DNA of 38,350 nt from Chiloscyllium plagiosum. Taxonomy: Eukaryota. The stretch covers positions 11,662,008 through 11,700,357 of the forward strand of contig NC_057754.1 in the NCBI RefSeq assembly GCF_004010195.1, written 5' to 3'. The position numbers were made by a program, and so were the translations under genes. The notes below the pieces were generated by a model, which was given only the letters and a program-made list of their open reading frames with translations, was not told the DNA's origin and ran no database searches. Positions 33,300 through 38,350 of the stretch are shown here, in pieces (the first letter of the stretch is position 1; each line of letters opens with the position of its first letter).

Positions 33300-36105
33300 A
33301 CCTTGTTGTGGGGGGCCCCTTGTGGAAGAGTGAAAAACAGAGTTGATTCGGAGACTAGGGGCCAAAATCTACGATGGTATGAAGCATGAGTAGGCCACAA
33401 TAAATTGGGGAACAGAACTTAAAGGGATGATAAATGTTTAAGGAGTACATGGAGAAACTGCAACTGTGTTCAATCCTGTCTGACTCAAAATAAAACAGGA
33501 AGGTGGCCCTGTCATGGCCAAAAGGGATAGTATTAAATCCAAGGAAGAGGTGAACAAATTGGCTGAAAAGTGCAGCAGAGCAGAAGGCTGGGAGCAGTTC
33601 AGATTTCAGCAAACCATGACAAAGGGGGATAAGAGTGTAAGCCTGTGGGGAACATACAAACTGTGTGTGAAGAGAAAGCAAGATTAGTGAATACAAATGT
33701 AGGTCCCTTACAGTCAGAAACAGGGGAAGTTATAATGTGGAATAAAGAGATGGCAGAACAATTAACAACATATTTTGGTTCTAGCATCACAAAGGATGAC
33801 TCAAATAGCATCCCTAAAATGTTAGGGATCACATCAGAGGAAGCAACAGAAGGAAATCAGTCTTAGCAAGGAAAAAGTGTTGGGAAAAATAATGGGATTA
33901 AAAACCAACAAATCCCAGCACCTGGTAATCTACATCCCAGAATACTTAAAGTGAACACATTATGAAACTAAGGCAGATGAATGATAATGGAGATAAATGG
34001 GAGGTGAACCAATCTGATCATAAAAACAGACAGATTAATATCTGAATGGTGATAGGTTGGGAAAGGAGGAGGTGAAATGACCTGCTGTCCTTGCACACAA
34101 GGCACTGAAAATAGGTATGCAGGTGCAGCAGGTGGTGAAGGGGGTAAATGGTATATTGGCCTTTATAGTGAGAGGATTTGAGTACAGGAGCATGGATGTC
34201 TTGCTGAAATTGTACAGGGATTTGATGAGACCGCACCTGGAGTGTTGAGCGCAGTTTTGGAAACCCTACTGAGGAACAATGTTGTGGCTATCGAGGGAGT
34301 ATAACAAAGGTTTACCAGACTGATGACTGGAACAGCAGGTCCTTTGTATGAAGACAGACTGAATTGGTTAAGACTGAACTCACTGGAATTTAGAAGAATG
34401 AGGGAGGATCTTATAGAAACCGATAAAATTCTGACAGGACTAACAGGATATATGGAGGAAGGATGTTCTGAATGAGCAGCGAGTCCAGAATCAGGGACTC
34501 ACAATCTAAAGATATGTGGTAGGTTTTTAGGACTGAGAGGAAGAAAACTTTCTTTCCCCAGAGCGCTCAGCCTGTGAAGTTCTCCATCAGACAAAGCAGT
34601 TAAGGCTAAAGCACTGAATGTTTCCAAGAATGACATACAGTTCTTAAGGCTAAAAGAATCAAAGGGTATGGGGTGACAGTGGGAACAGGGTACTGAGTAG
34701 GATGATCAGTCATGACCATAATGAATAGCAGAATACGCTCAAAGTGCGAAATGGCCGCTCCTGTTCCTACTTTCCACATTTCTATTCTGTTGAGGGTGGG
34801 ATATAAAAACAAAATGATCATAACTGAGACAGGTCTCAGCACCACCTTATCATCAATGGATGAAAATTCTGTAACTCATCAAACAGCAATCTGGGAGCAG
34901 TTTCACCACACGGGACTGCAGCAGTTCGAGAAGGTCAAAGAGCGATTTCAGAAGCTTAAAGTCACAAAGTCATAGAGTCCTACAAAATGGAGACCAGCCC
35001 TTTGGCTCAAACCAGTCCATGTCGGCTAAAATGTCCATCCACCCCATCCCCATTTCCCAGCACTTGGCCCACATCTACAAATTGAGAGGGATAAGGTAGA
35101 ATCAGAGGTATTGGTATTGCAGCTGAATAAAAGCAACTACAGAGGCATGAGGGAGGAGCTGGGTAGAATCGACTGGGAGAGTAGCCTAGCAGGATAGATA
35201 GCAATGGCAGGAGTTTCTAGGAGTAATTCAGGAGACACAGCAGAGATTCATTCTGAGGAAAAAGAGGCATGATACAGGGAGGATGAGGTGACCATGGCTG
35301 ATGAGGGAAATCTGGGTTAACATAATAACAAAAGAGAAAGCATATAATGTGGCGAAAGGCAGTTGGAAACCAGAGGATTGGGAAACTTACAAAGACCAAC
35401 AGAGGGCAACAAAGAAAGAAATAAGGGGTAAAAGATTAAATATGAGGGTAAGCTAGCCAGTAATATCAAGGAACACTAAGAGTTTCTTTAGATATATAAA
35501 GGGCAAAAGTAAGGCAAAAGTGGACATTGGGTACTGGAAAATTTCACTGGAGATTGGGTACTGGGAAACAAGGAAATGGCTGAGGAACTGAATAATTACT
35601 TCGCGTCAGCCTTCATGGTGGAAGACATGAGTAATATCCCAAAAATTAAAGAGAGTGACGAGGCAGAGCTGAATGTGGTGGTTATCAGCAAGGAGAAACT
35701 GCTAGAAAAACTGAATGGCCTGAAGGTGGATAAATAACCTGGAACAGATGGACTACATCCCAGAGTTCTAAGGGAGATTGCGAAAGAGATAGTGGCAGTA
35801 TTAGTGTGAACTTCAGGAATTGCTAGAATCAGGGAGGGTCTCAGCGATCTAAAAAATCACTAACGTGACACCTCTGTTTAAAAAGGGAGTAAGGCAAAAG
35901 ACAGAATGTTACAGACTGATTAGCCTAACCTCAGTCATGGGTAAGGTCCTGGGATCCATTGGAAAGGTTGAGATTTCTGAATACTTAGAAGTGCATGGTA
36001 ATATAGGGCAAAGTCAACATGGTTTCATCAAGGGAAGGCCATCGCTGACAAATCTGCGAGAATTCTTTGAGGATGTAACAAGCAGGTTAGACCAAGGACA
36101 GCCAA
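33300..36105 (+). mobile_element. Several decayed CR1 ORF2 fragments
   Basis: NVGPLQSETGEVI; RPHLE; TPLFKKG.RQK.ECYRLISLTSVMGKVL..QSQHGFIKGRPSLTNL. Confidence 0.8.
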
Positions 36106-36711
36106 TGAATTGCTGGTCAAGGATGATATCACGCCTTTGCTAAAGGAGCACACTATGGAGGTCTTGGGTAGTGAGGCATTATGGGTAGAGCTGAGAAGTA
36201 AGAAGGGTGCAGTCACACTGTTGGGGCTGTATTACAGGCCTCCCAACAGTGAGTGTGAGGTTGAAGAATAGGTAAACAGATGTGGAAAGGTGAAGAGGCA
36301 ATAGGGTAGTGGTGATGGGAGATTTTAATTTTCCCAACATTGACTGGGATACACTTAACGCCAGAAGTCTGGATGGGGTAGAATTCGTAAGAAGCGTCCA
36401 GGAGAGTTTTCCAGAGCAATATGTCAATAGTCTGATGAGGGAAGGGGCAATATTGGACTTGGTACTGGGGAACGAGCCAGGACAGGTGGTAGAAGTTGCA
36501 GTGGGAGATGTCTTTGGGAACAGTAACCACAATTCTGTAAGTTTTAGAATACTCGTAGATAAAGAAGAGAGTGGTCCTAAGGGAAGAGTACTAAACTTGG
36601 CCAAGGCCAATTATATCAAAATTAGGCAGGAGCTTGGAAATGTGGATTGGACACAGCTATTTGAAGGGAAGTCCACATCTGAGATGTGGGAGGCTTTCAA
36701 AGATAGGTTAA

Positions 36712-37026
36712 GGTTCTGTTCGCCGAGCTGGAAGTTTTTGTTGCAAACGTTTAGTCCCCTGTCTAGGTGACATCCTCAGTGCTTGGGAGTCTCCTGTGAA
36801 GCGCTTCTGTGGTGTTTCCTCCGGCATTTATAGTGGTCTGTCCCTGCCGCTTCTGGTTGTCAGTTTCAGCTGTCCGCTGTAGTGGCCGGTATATTGGGTC
36901 CAGGTCTATGTGTTTGTTGATGGAGTTTGTGGATGAGTGCCATGCTTCTAGGAATTCCCTGGCTGTTCTTTGTTTCGCTTGCCCTATAATAGTAGTGTTG
37001 TCCCAGTCAAATTCATGTTGCTTGTC
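36712..37026 (-). mobile_element. Penelope element 3' portion: GIY-YIG endonuclease C-terminus plus terminal region with hammerhead
   Basis: Minus frame reads DKQHEFDWDNTTIIGQAKQRTAREFLEAWHSSTNSINKHIDLDPIYRPL, typical of the PLE C-terminus. Confidence 0.85.
36743..36782 (-). ncRNA. Hammerhead ribozyme motif, third PLE family, with a core substitution
   Basis: gca-CTGAGGA-t-GTC-acctagacaggg-GAC-TAAAC-GTT-tgc; stem I gca/tgc; GAAA has become TAAA. Confidence 0.6.
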
Positions 37027-38350
37027 AGAAAAGATTTACAAGGATGTTGCTAGGGTTGGAGGATTTGAGCTAGAAGGAGAGGCTGAATAGTCTGGGGCTG
37101 TTTTCCCTGGAGCATCAGAGGCTGAGGGGAGCTACAAATCTTCTCACAAACTTTGAAGATAGGTTAAAGATAGTGCAGGATAGGCATATCCCGTTGAAGG
37201 CAAAGGATAGGAAGGGCAAGAGAAATTGTACGACTAGCCAAGAGGAAAAGGGAAGCATACATAAGGTCGAGGCAGCTAAGAACAGAACAGGCCCTGGAAG
37301 AATATCAGAAGAGTAGGACAAGTCTTAAATGAGGAATCAAGCGGGCGAAAAGGGGTCATGAAATAGCTTTAGGAGCAGCATTAAGGAGAATCCCAAAGCA
37401 TTTTATTCTTATATAAGAAGCAAGCGGGTAACTAGAGAAAGGATTGGTCCACTAAAAGATAATGAAGGAAGGCTGTGTGTCAAACCTGAGAGAATGGGTG
37501 AGATTCTGAATGATTACTTTGCAACAGAGGAACATGATGAATGTCGAGATTGGAGTTAGAAGTTTGATTAGTCTGGATCACGTTGACGTAAGTAGGGAAG
37601 ATGTGTTGGGTAGGCTAGAGGTTATTAAGGTGGACAAATCCCCAGGACCGGATGGGATCTATCCAAGGTTGCTGAGGGAGGCGAAAGAGGAAATAGCTGG
37701 GGCACTGACAGATATCTTTGTGGCATCCTTAAATACAGGTGAGGTGCCAGAGGACTGGAGGGTTGCTCATGTTGTCCCCTGTACAAGAAGACTAGTAGGG
37801 ATATTCCGAGTAATTACAGACCAGTGAGCCTGACGTCAGTGGTGGGAAAGTTGCTGGAGAAGGTACTGAGGGATAAGATCTACTTATATTTAGAAAAGAA
37901 TGGGCTTATCAGTTATAGGCAACATGGTTTTGTGTGGGGGAGATTGGGCTTTACCAACTTAATAGAGTTTTTTGAAGAAGTGACCAAGTTGATAGATGAA
38001 GGAAGGGCTGCTGATGTCATATACATGGACTTTAGTGAGGCGTTTGATAAGGTTCCCATGGTAGACTAATGGAGAAAGTGAAGTCACATGGTGTTCTAGC
38101 TAGGTGGATAAAGAACTGCTTGAGCAACAGGAGACAGAGAGAAGTAGTTGAAGGGAGTTTCTTGAAATGGAGAAAGGTGACCAGTGGTGTTCCACAGGAG
38201 TCAGTGTTGGGGCCACTGTTGTTTGTGATATACATAAATGATCTGGAAGAGGGCATTGTTGGGATGATCAGCAAGTTTGCAGATAACACGAAGATTGGTG
38301 GAGTAGCAGAAAGCATAAGGCACTGTCAGAGAATACAGGAGGATATAGAT

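Larger units (their letters stand above)
36105..38350 (+). mobile_element. Relatively young CR1 ORF2 (endonuclease to RT), disrupted, runs off the window end
   Basis: [76 protein letters not shown]. Confidence 0.92.

Noticed and set aside
1..38350. Most 60-170 aa ORFs in the track as host genes
   Set aside because: They are broken CR1/Tx1 frames, their antisense, or SINE/PLE read-throughs (e.g. the recurring CCWKSAAGQAASKEQE peptide is the PLE arm)
1..38350. CRISPR array, operon or prokaryotic defence system
   Set aside because: No repeat-spacer array or gene-dense architecture; the sequence is vertebrate repeat-rich DNA

Overview
Eukaryotic vertebrate DNA, most likely from a cartilaginous fish (shark). 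This is inferred from HE1-type V-SINEs and HER1/CR1-type LINE tails, not from a database search. Most of the window is nested, decayed retroelements: many CR1 LINEs (one near full length with ORF1 and ORF2 relics), Tx1/L1 and L2 fragments, tRNA-derived SINEs, Penelope-like element (PLE) termini, a probable solo LTR and a MITE. Two intact, convergent tandem C2H2 zinc-finger ORFs with no visible effector domain (7 and 11 fingers) and a decayed histone H2B pseudogene are embedded in it. The most notable features are: (1) short TSD-flanked PLE insertions carrying minimal hammerhead ribozyme cores, several as long fold-back palindromes; (2) a chimeric PLE insertion that captured a CR1 fragment; (3) a 385-bp hairpin-rich, doubly A-tailed retroposed insertion with a 13-bp TSD; (4) exact local templated insertions of 89 bp and 20 bp; (5) a three-finger higher-order repeat in the 11-finger gene. 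Most short ORFs in the track are broken LINE frames or antisense noise. Repeat boundaries were read by eye and are approximate unless a TSD is given.
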